DNA of 64,000 nucleotides. Origin: Eledone cirrhosa. Its lineage: Eukaryota. Under the pieces are notes generated by a model. The model made no database searches. It was not told the origin of the DNA and saw nothing but the letters and a program-made list of their open reading frames with translations. Below are positions 26,401 through 42,200 of this stretch, piece after piece. Position numbers and translations under genes: made by a program. Positions within the stretch are counted from its first letter, which is position 1, and each line of letters starts with the position of its first letter. The stretch lies in NCBI GenBank assembly GCA_964016885.1, contig OZ024745.1, forward strand, positions 64,294,001-64,358,000, read 5' to 3'.

Positions 26401-29400
26401 TAAAAAAGGGGCTCCCAAATAAAAAACGGACCCCCCATAAAAAAACAGGGCACCCAAATAAAAAACGGACCCCCCATAAAAAACGGGGCATCCAAATAAA
26501 AAACGGACCCCCCATAAAAAAACGGGGCACCCAAATAAAAAACGGAGCACCCATAAAAAAACGGGGCCCCCAAATAAAAAACGGGGCATCCAAAAAAAAA
26601 ACGGGGCACTCAAATAAAAAACGGGGCACTCAAATAAAAAACGGAGCACCCAAATAATAAACGGACCCCCCATAAAGAAACGGGGCACCCAAGTAAAAAA
26701 CGGAATCCCCCATAAATAAATGGGGCACCCAAATAAAAAACGTGGCACCCAAATAAAAAATGGACCCCCACATGAAAAACGGGGCACCCAAATAAAAAAC
26801 GGGGCATCCAAATAAAAAACGGACCCCCCCATAAAAAAACGGGGCACCCTAATAAAAAAAGGACACCCCCATAAAAAACGGGGCACGCAAATAAAAAACG
26901 GACCCCCCCATAAAAAAACGAGGCACCCAAATAAAAAACAGGGTACCCAAATAAAAAACGGGGTACCCAAATAAAAAACGGGGCACCCAAATAAAAAACG
27001 AACCCCCCCATAAAAAAACGGGGCACCCAAATAAAAAACGGGGCACCCAAATAAAAAACGGACCCCCCCTATAAAAAAACGGGGCACCCAAATAAAAAAC
27101 GGACCCCCATAAAAAAACGGGGCACCCAAATAAAAAACGGACCCCCCCATAAAAAAACGGGACACCCAAATAAAAAACGGGGCACCCAAATATAAAACGG
27201 ACCCCCCCATGAAAAACGGGGCACCCAAATAAAAAACTGGGCACTCAAATAAAAAACGGACCCACCCTATAAAAAAACGGGGCACCCAAATAATAAACGG
27301 ACCCCCCATAAAGAAACGGGGCACCCAAGTAAAAAACGGAATCCCCCATAAATAAATGGGGCACCCAAATAAAAAACGTGGCACCCAAATAAAAAATGGA
27401 CCCCCCATGAAAAACGGGGCACCCAAATAAAAAACGGGGCATCCAAATAAAAAACGGACCCCCCCATAAAAAAACGGGGCACCCTAATAAAAAACGGACA
27501 CCCCTAAAAAAACGGGGCACCCAAATAAAAAAAGAGGCACCCAAATAAAAAAAGGACCCCACATAAATAAATGGGGCACCCAAATAAAAAACGGGGTACC
27601 CAAATAAAAAACGGACCCCCCCATAAAAAAACGGGGCACCCAAATAAAAAACGGACCCCCATAAAAAAATGGGGCACCCAAATAAAAAACGGGGCACCCG
27701 AATAAAAAACGAATTCCCCTATAAAAAAACGGGGCACCCAAATAAAAAACGGACCCCCCAATAAAAAAACGGGGCACCCAAATATAAAACGGGGCACAGA
27801 AATAAAAAACGGGGCACCGAAATAAAAAACGCCCACCCCTAAAAAAACGGGGCACCCAAATAAAAAAAGAGGCACCCAAATAAAAAAAGGACCCCACATA
27901 AATAAATGGGGCACCCAAATAAAAAACGGGGCACAGAAATAAAAAACGGGGCACCGAAATAAAAAACGCCCACCCCTAAAAAAACGGGGCACCCAAATAA
28001 AAAACGGGGTACCCAAATAAAAAACGAACCCCCCCGTAAAAAAAGGGGCACCCAAATAAAAAACGGGGTACCCAAATAAAAAACGGGGCACCCAAATAAT
28101 AAACGGGGCACCCAAATAAAAAGTGGACCCCCCCATAAGAAAAAAGGTGTACCCAAACAAAAAACGGACGCTCCCATAAAAAAACGGGGCACCCAAATAA
28201 AAAACAGGGTACCCAAATAAAAAACGGGGCACCCAAATAAAAAACGGACCCCCCCCATAAAAAAACGGGGCACCCAAATAAAAAACGGGTCACCCAAATA
28301 AAAAACGGAATCCCCCATAAAAAAACGGACCCACCCAAACAAAAAACAGGGCACCCAAATAAAAAACAGGGCACCCAAATAAAAAACGGACACCCCATAA
28401 AAAAACGGGGCACCCAAATAAAAAATGGGGCACCCAAATAAAAAACGGAGCCACCCATAAAAAAGGGGCACCCAAATAAAAAACGGGTCACCCAAATAAA
28501 AAACGGAATCCCCCATAAAAAAACGGGGCACCCAAATAAAAAAGGACCCCGCATAAAAAAATGGGGCACCGAAATAAAAAACGGGGCACCGAAATAAAAA
28601 ACGGGGCACCGAAATAAAAAACGCCCACCCCTAAAAAAACGGGGCACCCAAATAAAAAACGGGGCACCCAAATAAAAAACGGGGCACCTAAATAAAAAAC
28701 GGGGCACCCAAATAAAAAACGGGGCACCCAAATAAAAAACGGACCCACCCATAAAAAAGGGGCACCCAAATAAAAAACGGGTCACCCAAATAAAAAACGG
28801 AATCCCCCATAAAAAAACGGGGCACCCAAATAAAAAACGGGGCATCCAAATAAAAAACGGACCGCCCAAATAAAAAACGGGGCACCCAAATAAAAAAGGG
28901 GCTCCCAAATAAAAAACGGACCCCCCATAAAAAAACAGGGCACCCAAATAAAAAACGGACCCCCCATAAAAAACGGGGCATCCAAATAAAAAACGTACCC
29001 CCCATAAAAAAACGGGGCACCCAAATAAAAAACGGAGCACCCATAAAAAAACGGGGCCCCCAAATAAAAAACGGGGCATCCAAAAAAAAAACGGGGCACT
29101 CAAATAAAAAACGGGGCACTCAAATAAAAAACGGGGCACCCAAATAATAAACGGACCCCCCATAAAGAAACGGGGCACCCAAGTAAAAAACGGAATCCCC
29201 CATAAATAAATGGGGCACCCAAATAAAAAACGTGGCACCCAAATAAAAAATGGACCCCCACATGAAAAACGGGGCACCCAAATAAAAAACGGGGCATCCA
29301 AATAAAAAACGGACCCCCCCATAAAAAAACGGGGCACCCTAATAAAAAACGGACACCCCCATAAAAAACGGGGCACGCAAATAAAAAACGGACCCCCCCA

Positions 29401-30800
29401 TAAAAAAACGAGGCACCCAAATAAAAAACAGGGTACCCAAATAAAAAACGGGGTACCCAAATAAAAAACGGGGCACCCAAATAAAAAACGAACCCCCCCA
29501 TAAAAAAACGGGGCACCCAAATAAAAAACGGGGCACCCAAATAAAAAACGGACCCCCCCTATAAAAAAACGGGGCACCCAAATAAAAAACGGACCCCCAT
29601 AAAAAAACGGGGCACCCAAATAAAAAACGGACCCCCCCATAAAAAAACGGGACACCCAAATAAAAAACGGGGCACCCAAATATAAAACGGACCCCCCCAT
29701 GAAAAACGGGGCACCCAAATAAAAAACTGGGCACTCAAATAAAAAACGGACCCACCCTATAAAAAAACGGGGCACCCAAATAATAAACGGACCCCCCATA
29801 AAGAAACGGGGCACCCAAGTAAAAAACGGAATCCCCCATAAATAAATGGGGCACCCAAATAAAAAACGTGGCACCCAAATAAAAAATGGACCCCCCCATG
29901 AAAAACGGGGCACCCAAATAAAAAACGGGGCATCCAAATAAAAAACGGACCCCCCCCATAAAAAAACGGGGCACCCTAATAGAAAACGGACACCCCTAAA
30001 AAAACGGGGCACCCAAATAAAAAAAGAGGCACCCAAATAAAAAAAGGACCCCACATAAATAAATGGGGCACCCAAATAAAAAACGGGGTACCCAAATAAA
30101 AAACGGACCCCCCCATAAAAAAACGGGGCACCCAAATAAAAAACGGACCCCCATAAAAAAATGGGGCACCCAAATAAAAAACGGGGCACCCGAATAAAAA
30201 ACGAATTCCCCTATAAAAGAACGGGGCACCCAAATAAAAAACGGACCCCCCAATAAAAAAACGGGGCACCCAAATATAAAACGGGGCACAGAAATAAAAA
30301 ACGGGGCACCGAAATAAAAAACGCCCACCCCTAAAAAAACGGGGCACCCAAATAAAAAAAGAGGCACCCAAATAAAAAAAGGACCCCACATAAATAAATG
30401 GGGCACCCAAATAAAAAACGGGGCACCCAAATAAAAAACGGACCCCCCCTATAAAAAAACGGGGCACCCAAATAAAAAACGGACCCCCCCATAAAAAACG
30501 GGGCACCCAAATAAAAAACGGACCCCCATAAAAAAATGGGGCACCCAAATAAAAAACGGGGCACCCGAATAAAAAACGAATTCCCCTATAAAAAAACGGG
30601 GCACCCAAATAAAAAACGGACCCCCCACCATAAAAACGGGACAACGAAATAAAAAACGGGGCACAGAAATAAAAAACGGGGCACCGAAATAAAAAACGCC
30701 CACCCCTAAAAAAACGGGGCACCCAAATAAAAAAAGAGGCACCCAAATAAAAAAAGGACCCCACATAAATAAATGGGGCACCCAAATAAAAAACGGGGTA
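22350..30800. repeat. Three copies of a ~2.45-2.7 kb higher-order repeat; the first copy carries an internal 650-bp tandem duplication
   Basis: Near-identical translations at 23962, 26610 and 29100 (offsets 2648, 2490). GAATTC at 25064, 27711 and 30203. The GGGGCTCCC block at 23111 and 23761 gives the 650-bp offset. Confidence 0.88.
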
Positions 30801-31499
30801 CCCAAATAAAAAACGGACCCCCCCATAAAAAAACGGGGCACCCAAATAAAAAACGGACCCCCCCATAAAAAAACGGGGCACCCAAATAAAAAACGGGGTA
30901 CCCAAATAAAAAACGGGGCACCCAAATAAAAAACGGACCCCCCATAAAAAAACGTGGCACCCAAATAAAAAACGGGGCACCCAAATAAAAAACGGACCGC
31001 CCCATAAAAAAATGGGGCACCCAAATAAAAAATGGACCCCCCCATAAAAAACGGGGCATCCAAATAAAAAACGGACCACCCCATAAAAAAACCGGGGCAC
31101 CCAGATAAAAAACGGAGCACCCATAAAAAAACGGGTCTCCCAAATAAAAAACGGACCCCCCCATAAAAAAACGGGGCACTCAAATAAAAAACGGGGCACC
31201 CAAATAAAAAACGGACCCCCCCTATAAAAAAACGGGGCACCCAAATAAAAAACGGACCCCCCATAAAAAAACGGGGCACCCAAATAAAAAACGGGGCAAA
31301 AAAAATAAAAAACGTACCCCCCATAAAAAAACGGGGTACCCAAATAAAAAAACGGGGTAACCAAATAAAAAACGGACCCCCCCATAAAAAAACGGGGCAC
31401 CCAAATAAAAAACGGACCCACCCATAAAAAAGGGGCACCCAAATAAAAAACGGACCCCCCCATAAAAAAACAGGGCACCCAAATAAAAAACGGACCCCC

Positions 31500-34400
31500 C
31501 ATAAAAAACGGGACATCCAAATAAAAAACGAACCCCCCATAAAAAAACGGCGCACCCAAATAAAAAACGGAGCACCCATAAAAAAACGGGGCCCCCAAAT
31601 AAAAAACGGGGCATCCAAAAAAAAACGGGGCACCCAAATAAAAAAACGGGGTAACCAAATAAAAAACGGACCCCCCCATAAAAAAAACGGGGCACCTAAA
31701 TAAAAAACAGGGTACCCAAATAAAAAACGGGGCACCCAGATAAAAAACGGACCCCCCCATAAAAAAACGAGGCACCCAAATAAAAAACAGGGTACCCAAA
31801 TAAAAAACGGGACACCCAAATAAAAAACGGACCCCCATAAAAAAACGGGGCACCCAAATAAAAAACGGGGCACCCAAATAAAAAACGGAGCACCCATAAA
31901 AAAACGGGGCCCCCAAATAAAAAACGGGGCATCCAAAAAAAAACGGGGCACCCAAATAAAAAAACGGGGTAACCAAATAAAAAACGGACCCCCCCATAAA
32001 AAAAACGGGGCACCCAAATAAAAACCGGGGTACCCAAATAAAAAACGGAGCACCCATAAAAAAACGGGGCCCCCAAATAAAAAACGGGGCATCCAAAAAA
32101 AAACGGGGCACCCAAATAAAAAAACGGGGTAACCAAATAAAAAACGGACCCCCCCATAAAAAAAACGGGGCACCTAAATAAAAAACAGGGTACCCAAATA
32201 AAAAACGGGGCACCCAGATAAAAAACGGACCCCCCCATAAAAAAACGAGGCACCCAAATAAAAAACAGGGTACCCAAATAAAAAACGGGACACCCAAATA
32301 AAAAACGGACCCCCATAAAAAAACGGGGCACCCAAATAAAAAACGGGGCACCCAAATAAAAAACGGAGCACCCATAAAAAAACGGGGCCCCCAAATAAAA
32401 AACGGGGCATCCAAAAAAAAACGGGGCACCCAAATAAAAAAACGGGGTAACCAAATAAAAAACGGACCCCCCCATAAAAAAAACGGGGCACCCAAATAAA
32501 AACCGGGGTACCCAAATAAAAAACGGACCCCCCCATAAAAAAACGAGGCACCCAAATAAAAAACGGGGTACCCAAATAAAAAACGGACCCCCCCATAAAA
32601 AAACGGGGCAACCATATTAGAAACGGACCCCCCCCATAAAAAAACGAGGCACCCAAATAAAAACCGGGGTACCCAAATAAAAAACGGACCCCCCCATAAA
32701 AACACGGGGCACCCAAATAAAAAACGGACCCCCCATAAAAAAAAGGTGTACCCAAACAAAAAACGGACGCTCCCATTAAAAAACGGGGCACCCAAATAAA
32801 AAACAGGGTACCCAAATAAAAAACGGGGCACCCAAATAAAAAACGGACCCCCATAAAAAAACGGGGCACCCAAATAAAAAACGGGGCACCCAAATAAAAA
32901 ACGGACCCCCATAAAAAAACGGGGCACCCAAATAAAAAACGGGGCACCCAAATAAAAAACGGAGCACCCATAAAAAAACGGGGCCCCCAAATAAAAAACG
33001 GGGCACCCAAATAAAAAACGGACCCACCCATAAAAAAGGGGCACCCAAATAAAAAACGGGTCACCCAAATAAAAAACGGAATCCCCCATAAAAAAACGGG
33101 GCACCCAAATAAAAAACGGGGCATCCAAATAAAAAACGGACCGCCCAAATAAAAAACGGGGTATCCAAAAAAGAACGGGGCACCCAAATAAAAAAACGGG
33201 GTAACCAAATAAAAAACGGACCCCCCATAAAAAAAACGGGGCACCTAAATAAAAAACAGGGTACCCAAATAAAAAACGGGGCACCCAAATAAAAAACGGA
33301 CCCCCCCATAAAAAAACGAGGCACCCAAATAAAAAACGGGGCATCCAAATAAAAAACGGACCCCCCAAATAAAAAACGGGGCAGCCAAATAAAAAAGGGG
33401 CTCCCAAATAAAAAACGGACCCCCCCATAAAAAAACAGGGCACCCAAATAAAAAACGGACCCCCCATAAAAAACGGGACATCCAAATAAAAAACGAACCC
33501 CCCATAAAAAAACGGCGCACCCAAATAAAAAACGGAGCACCGATAAAAAAACGGGGCCCCCAAATAAAAAACGGGGCATCCAAAAAAAAACGGGGCACCC
33601 AAATAAAAAAACGGGGTAACCAAATAAAAAACGGACCCCCCCATAAAAAAAACGGGGCACCTAAATAAAAAACAGGGTACCCAAATAAAAAACGGGGCAA
33701 CCAAATAAAAAACGGACCCCCCCATAAAAAAACGAGGCACCCAAATAAAAAACAGGGTACCCAAATAAAAAACGGGGCACCCAAATAAAAAACGGACCCC
33801 CATAAAAAAACGGGGCACCCAAATAAAAAACGGGGCACCCAAATAAAAAACGGAGCACCCATAAAAAAACGGGGCCCCCAAATAAAAAACGGGGCATCCA
33901 AAAAAAAACGGGGCACCCAAATAAAAAAACGGGGTAACCAAATAAAAAACGGACCCCCCCATAAAAAAAACGGGGCACCCAAATAAAAACCGGGGTACCC
34001 AAATAAAAAACGGACCCCCCCATAAAAAAACGAGGCACCCAAATAAAAAACGGGGTACCCAAATAAAAAACGGACCCCCCCATAAAAAAACGGGGCAACC
34101 ATATTAGAAACGGACCCCCCCCATAAAAAAACGAGGCACCCAAATAAAAACCGGGGTACCCAAATAAAAAACGGACCCCCCCATAAAAACACGGGGCACC
34201 CAAATAAAAAACGGACCCCCCATAAAAAAAAGGTGTACCCAAACAAAAAACGGACGCTCCCATTAAAAAACGGGGCACCCAAATAAAAAACAGGGTACCC
34301 AAATAAAAAACGGGGCACCCAAATAAAAAACGGACCCCCATAAAAAAACGGGGCACCCAAATAAAAAACGGGGCACCCAAATAAAAAACGGACCCACCCA

Positions 34401-35350
34401 TAAAAAAGGGGCACCCAAATAAAAAACGGGTCACCCAAATAAAAAACGGAATCCCCCATAAAAAAACGGGGCACCCAAATAAAAAACGGGGCATCCAAAT
34501 AAAAAACGGACCGCCCAAATAAAAAACGGGGTATCCAAAAAAAAACGGGGCACCCAAATAAAAAAACGGGGTAACCAAATAAAAAACGGACCCCCCATAA
34601 AAAAAACGGGGCACCTAAATAAAAAACAGGGTACCCAAATAAAAAACGGGGCACCCAAATAAAAAACGGACCCCCCCATAAAAAAACGAGGCACCCAAAT
34701 AAAAAACGGGGCATCCAAATAAAAAACGGACCCCCCCAAATAAAAAACGGGGCACCCAAATAAAAAAGGGGCTCCCAAATAAAAAACGGACCCCCCCATA
34801 AAAAAACAGGGCACCCAAATAAAAAACGGACCCCCAATAAAAAACGGGACATCCAAATAAAAAACGGACCCCCCATAAAAAAACGGGGCACCCAAATAAA
34901 AAACGGAGCACCCATAAAAAAACGGGGCCCCCAAATAAAAAACGGGGCATCCAAAAAAAAACGGGGCACCCAAATAAAAAAACGGGGTAACCAAATAAAA
35001 AACGGACCCCCCCATAAAAAAAACGGGGCACCTAAATAAAAAACGGACACCCCCCATAAAAAAACGGGGCACCCAAATAAAAAACGGGGTACCCAAATAA
35101 AAAACGGACCCCCCCATAAAAAAACGGGGCAACCATATTAGAAACGGACCCCAACCATAAAAAAATGGGGTACCCAAATAAAAACCGGGGTACCCAAATA
35201 AAAAACGGACCCCCCCATAAAAAAACGAGGCACCCAAATAAAAAACAGGGTACCCAAATAAAAAACGGGGCACCCAAATAAAAAACGGACCCCCATAAAA
35301 AAACGGGGCACCCAAATAAAAAACGGACCCACCCATAAAAAAGGGGCACC
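31500..35350. repeat. Domain of shorter higher-order repeats (~0.4-0.5 kb and ~1.4-1.5 kb)
   Basis: GGCACCTAAA variants at 31696, 32174, 33245, 33661, 34615 and 35032 (ORF stop positions). ACCATATTAGAAACGG at 32611 and 34098 (offset 1487). Confidence 0.75.
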
Positions 35351-36299
35351 CAAATAAAAAACGGGTCACCCAAATAAAAAACGGAATCCCCCATAAAAAA
35401 ACGGGGCACCCAAATAAAAAACGGACCCCCCATAAAAAACGGGGCATCCAAATAGAAAACGGACCCCCCATAAAAAAACGGGACACCCAAATAAAAAACG
35501 GAGCACCCATAAAAAAACGGCGCCCCCAAATAAAAAACGGGGCATCCAAAAAAAAACGGGGCACTCAAATAAAAAACGGGGCACTCAAATAAAAAACGGG
35601 GCACCCAAATAAAAAACGGACCCCCCCTATAAAAAAACGGGGCACCCAAATAAAAAACGGACCCCCTATAAAGAAACGGGGCACCCAAGTAAAAAACGAA
35701 CTCCCCCATAAATAAATGGGGCACCCAAATAAAAAACGTGGCACCCAAATAAAAAATGGACCCCCCCATGAAAAACGGGGCACCCAAATAAAAAACGGGG
35801 CATCCAAATAAAAAACGGACCCCCCCATAAAAAAACGGGGCACCCTAATAAAAAACGGACACCCCCATAAAAAACGGGGCACGCAAATAAAAAACGGACC
35901 CCCCATAAAAAAATGGGGCACCCAAATAAAAAACGGGGCACCCGAATAAAAAACGAATTCCCCTATAAAAAAACGGGGCACCCAAATAAAAAACGGACCC
36001 CCCAATAAAAAACGGGGCACCCAAATATAAAACGGACCCCCCCATAAAAACGGGACACCGAAATAAAAAACGGGGCACCGAAATAAAAAAAGCCCACCCC
36101 TAAAAAAACGGGGCACCCAAATAAAAAACGGGGTACCCAAATAAAAAACGGACCCCCCCATAAAAAACGGGGCACCCAAATAAAAAACGGACCCCCCCAT
36201 AAAAAAACGGGGCACCCAAATAAAAAACGGGGTACCCAAATAAAAAACGGGGCACCCAAATAAAAAACGGACCCCCCCATAAAAAAACCGGGCACCCAA

Positions 36300-39200
36300 A
36301 TAAAAAACGGACCCCCCCATAAAAACACGGGGCACCCAAATAAAAAACGGACCCCCCATAAGAAAAAAGGTGTACCCAAACAAAAAACGGACGCTCCCAT
36401 TAAAAAACGGGGCACCCAAATAAAGAACAGGGTACCCAAATAAAAAACGGGGCACCCAAATAAAAAACGGACCCCCCATAAAAAAACGGGGCACCCAAAT
36501 AAAAAACGGACCCCCGCATAAAAAAACGGTGCACCCAAATAAAAAACGGACCCCCCCAACATAAAAACACGGGGCACCCAAATAAAAAACGGGGCACCCA
36601 AATAAAAAACGGACCCCCCATAAAAAAACGGGGCACCCAAATAAAAACCGGGGTACCCAATTAAAAAACGGACGCCCCCATAAAAAAACGGGGCACCCAA
36701 ATAAAAAACTGACCCCTGCCCATAAAAAAACGGGGCACCCAAATAAAAGACGGACGTCTCCATAAAAAAACGGGGCACCCAAATAAAAAACGGACCCCCC
36801 ATAAAAAAACGGGGTACCTAAATAAAAAACGGGGTAACCAAATAAAAAACGGACCCCCCATAAAAAAAACGGGGCACCTAAATAGAAAAGGACACCCCCA
36901 TTAAAAACGGGGCACGCAAATAAAAAAGGACACCTCCATAAAAAACGGGGCACGCAAATAAAAAACGGACCCCCCATAAAAAAATGGGGCACCCAAATAA
37001 AAAACGTGGCACCCAAATAAAAAATGGACCCCCCCATGAAAAACGGGGCACCCAAATAAAAAACGGGGCATCCAAATAAAAAACGGACCCCCCCATAAAA
37101 AAAACGGGGCACCTAAATAAAAAAGGACACCCTCCCATAAAAAAACGGGGCACCCAAATAAAAAACGGGGTACCCAAATGAAAAACGGACCCCCCCCATA
37201 AAAAAACTGGGCACCCAAATAAAAAACGGGGTACCCAAATAAAAAACGGCCCCCCCATAAAAAAACGGGGTACCCAAATAAAAAACGGGGCACCCAAATA
37301 AAAAACGGACCCCCCGTAAAAAAACGGGGCACCCAAATAAAAAACGGGGTACCCAAATAAAAAACGGACCCCCTCATAAAAAACGGGGCACCCAAATAAA
37401 AAACGGACCCCCGCATAAAAAAACGGTGCACCCAAATAAAAAACGGACCCCTACCATAAAAACACGGGGCACCCAAATAAAAAACGGACCCCCCATAAAA
37501 AAACGGACCCCCCATAAAAAAACGGGGTACCCAAATAAAAAACGGACCCCCCCATAAAAAGACGGGGCACCCAAATAAAAAACGGACCCCCGCATAAAAA
37601 AACGGTGCACCCAAATAAAAAACGGACCCCCCACCATAAAAACACGGGGCACCCAAATAAAAAACGGACCCCCCATAAAAAAACGGGGCACCCAAATAAA
37701 AAACGGGGTACCCAAATAAAAAACGGACCCCCCCGTAAAAAAAGGGGCACCCAAATAAAAAACGGGGTACCCAAATAAAAAACGGGGCACCCAAATAATA
37801 TACGGGGCACCCAAATAAAAAACGGACCCCCCATAATAAAACGGGGCACCCAAATAAAAAACGGACCCCCCATAAGAAAAAAGATGTACCCAAACAAAAA
37901 ACGGACGCTCCCATAAAAAAACGGGGCACCCAAATAGAAAACAGGGTACCCAAATAAAAAACGGGGCACCCAAATAAAAAACGGACCCCCCATAAAAAAA
38001 CGGGGCACCCAAATAAAAAACGGACCCCCGCATAAATAAACGGTGCACCCAAATAAAAAACGGACCCCCCCAACATAGAAACACGGGGCACCCAAATAAA
38101 AAACGGGGCACCCAAATAAAAAACGGACCCCCCATAAAAAAACGGGGCACCCAAATAAAAAACGGGGTACCCAATTAAAAAACGGACTCCCCCATAAAAA
38201 AACGGGGCACCCAAATAAAAAACTGACCCCTGCCCATAAAAAAACAGGGCACCCAAATAAAAGACGGACGTCTCCATAAAAAAACGGGGCACCCAAATAA
38301 AAAACGGACCCCCCATAAAAAAACGGGGAACCCAAATAAAAAACGGGGTAACCAAATAAAAAACGGACCCCCCCATAAAAAAAACGGGGCACCTAAATAA
38401 AAAAGGACACCCCCCCATAAAAAACGGGGCACCCAAATAAAATACGGGGTACCCAAATAAAAAACGGACCCCCCATAAAAAAACGGGGCACCCAAATTAG
38501 AAACGGACCCCAACCATAAAAAAATGGGGTACCCAAATAAAAACCGGGGTACCCAAATAAAAAATGGACGCCCCCCATAAAAAAACGAGGCACCCAAATA
38601 AAATACAGGGTACCCAAATAAAAAACGGGGCACCCAAATAAAAAACGGACCCCCATAAAAAAACGGGGCACCCAAATGAAAAACGGACACCCCCCATAAA
38701 AAAACGGGGCAACCAAATAAAAAACGGACCCCAACCATAAAAAAACGGGGCACCCAAATAAAGAACGGGGTACCCAAATAAAAAACGGGGCACCCAAATA
38801 AAAAACGGGGCACCCAAATAAAATACCGGGTACCCTAATAAAAAAACGGGGCACCCAAATAAAAAACGGGGCACCCAAATAAAAAATGGGGTACCCAATT
38901 AAAAAAACGGACCCCCCATAAAAAAACGGGGTACCCAAATAAAAAACGGGGTACCCAAATAAAAAACGGGGCACACAAATAAAAAACGGAGCACCCAAAT
39001 AAAAAACGAACCCCACATAAATAAACGGGGCACCCAAATAAAAAACGTGGTACCCAAATAAAAAACTGAGCACCCAAATAAAAAAAGGGGCACCCAAATA
39101 AAAAACGGGGTACCCAAATAAAAAACGGGGCACCCAAATAAAAAACGGACCCCCCCATAAAAAAACGGGGCACCCAAATAAAAAACGGACACCCCATGAA

Positions 39201-42200
39201 AGAACGGGGCACCCAAATAAAAAACGCCCCCCATAAAAATACGGGGCACCAAAATAAAAAACGGGGTACCCAAATGAAAAACGGATCCCCCCCATAAAAA
39301 AACGGGACACCCAAATAAAAAACGGGGTACCCAAATAAAAAACGGACCCCCCATAATAAAACGGGGCACCCAAATAAAAAACGGACCCCCCATAAGAAAA
39401 AAGATGTACCCAAACAAAAAACGGACGCTCCCATAAAAAAACGGGGCACCCAAATAGAAAACAGGGTACCCAAATAAAAAACGGGGCACCCAAATAAAAA
39501 ACGGACCCCCCCATAAAAAAACGGGGCACCCAAATAAAAAACGGACCCCCGCATAAATAAACGGTGCACCCAAATAAAAAACGGACCCCCCCAACATAGA
39601 AACACGGGGCACCCAAATAAAAAACGGGGCACACAAATAAAAAACGGACCCCCCATAAAAAAACGGGGCACCCAAATAAAAAACGGGGTACCCAATTAAA
39701 AAACGGACTCCCCCATAAAAAAACGGGGCACCCAAATAAAAAACTGACCCCTGCCCATAAAAAAACAGGGCACCCAAATAAAAGACGGACGTCTCCATAA
39801 AAAAACGGGGAACCCAAATAAAAAACGGGGTAACCAAATAAAAAACGGACCCCCCCATAAAAAAAACGGGGCACCTAAATAAAAAAGGACACCCCCCCAT
39901 AAAAAACGGGGCACCCAAATAAAATACGGGGTACCCAAATAAAAAACGGACCCCCCATAAAAAAACGGGGCACCCAAATTAGAAACGGACCCCAACCATA
40001 AAAAAATGGGGTACCCAAATAAAAACCGGGGTACCCAAATAAAAAATGGACGCCCCCCATAAAAAAACGAGGCACCCAAATAAAATACAGGGTACCCAAA
40101 TAAAAAACGGGGCACCCAAATAAAAAACGGACCCCCATAAAAAAACGGGGCACCCAAATGAAAAACGGACACCCCCCATAAAAGAACGGGGCAACCAAAT
40201 AAAAAACGGACCCCAACCATAAAAAAACGGGGCACCCAAATAAAGAACGGGGTACCCAAATAAAAAACGGACCCCCCCATAAAAAAACGGGGCACGCAAA
40301 TAAAAAACGGGGTACCCAAATAAAAAACGGGGCACCCAAATAAAAAACGGGGCACCCAAATAAAAAATGGGGTACCCAATTAAAAAACGGACCCCCCATA
40401 AAAAAACGGGGTACCCAAATAAAAAACGGGGTACCCAAATAAAAAACGGGGCATACAAATAAAAAACGGAGCACCCAAATAAAAAACGAACCCCACATAA
40501 ATAAACGGGGCACCCAAATAAAAAACGTGGTACCCAAATAAAAAACTGAGCACCCAAATAAAAAAAGGGGCACCCAAATAAAAAACGGGGTACCCAAATA
40601 AAAAACAGGGCACCCAAATAAAAAACGGACCCCCCATAAAAAAACGGGGCACCCAAATAAAAAACGGACACCCCATGAAAGAACGGGGCACCCAAATAAA
40701 AAACGCCCCCCATAAAAATACGGGGCACCCAAATAAAAAACGGGGTACCCAAATGAAAAACGGATCCCCCCCATAAAAAAACGGGACACCCAAATCAAAA
40801 ACGGGGTACCCAAATAAAAAACGGCCCCCCCATAAAAAAACTGGGTACCCAAATAAAAAACGGGGTACCCAAATAAAAAACGCCCCCCCCCCCATAAAAA
40901 AACTGGGTACCCAAATAAAAAACGGGGCACCCAAATAAAAAACGGGGCACCCAAATAAAAAACGGGACACCCAAATAAAAAACGGACCCCCCATAAAAAA
41001 AACGGGACACCCAAATAAAAAACGGGGTACCCAAATAAAAAACGGCCCCCCATAAAAAAACTGGGTACCCAAATAAAAAACGGGGTACCCAAATAAAAAA
41101 CGGCCCCCCCATAAAAAAACGGGGTACCCAAATAAAAAACGGGGCACCCAAATAAAAAACGGGGCACCCAAATAAAAAACGGACCCCCCCCCGTAACAAA
41201 ACGAGGCACCCAAATAAAAAACGGGGTACCCAAATAAAAAACGGGGCACCCAAATAAAATACGGGGTACCCAAATAAAAAACGGACCCCCCATAAAAAAA
41301 ACGGGGCACCCAAATTAGAAACGGACCCCAACCATAAAAAAATGGGGTACCCAAATAAAAAAAGGGGCACCCAAATAAAAAACGGGGTACCCAAATAAAA
41401 AACGGGGCACCCAAATAAAAAACGGACCCCCCCATCAAAAACGGGGCACCCAAATAAAAAACGGACACCCCATGAAAGAACGGGGCACCCAAATAAAAAA
41501 CGGCCCCCCATAAAAATACGGGGCACCCAAATAAAAAACGGGGTACCCAAATGAAAAACGGACCCCCCCATAAAAAAACGGGACACCCAAATAAAAAACG
41601 GGGTACCCAAATAAAAAACGGCCCCCCCATAAAAAAACTGGGTACCCAAATAAAAAACGGGGTACCCAAATAAAAAACGGGGCACCCAAATAATATACGG
41701 GGCACCCAAATAAAATACGGACCCCCCATAATAAAACGGGGCACCCAAATAAAAAACGGACCCCCCATAAGAAAAAAGATGTACCCAAACAAAAAACGGA
41801 CGCTCCCATAAAAAAAAGGGGCACCCAAATAAAAAACAGGGTACCCAAATAAAAAACGGGGCACCCAAATAAAAAACGGACCCCCCCCCATAAAAAAACG
41901 GGGCACCCAAATAAAAAACGGACCCCCGCATAAATAAACGGTGCACCCAAATAAAAAACGGACCCCCCAACATAAAAACACGGGGCACCCAAATAAAAAA
42001 CGGGGCACCCAAATAAAAAACGGACCCCCCATAAAAAAACGGGGCACCCAAATAAAAAACGGGGTACCCAATTAAAAAACGGACTCCCCCATAAAAAAAC
42101 GGGGCACCCAAATAAAAAACTGACCCCTGCCCATAAAAAAACAGGGCACCCAAATAAAAGACGGACGTCTCCATAAAAAAACGGGGCACCCAAACAAAAA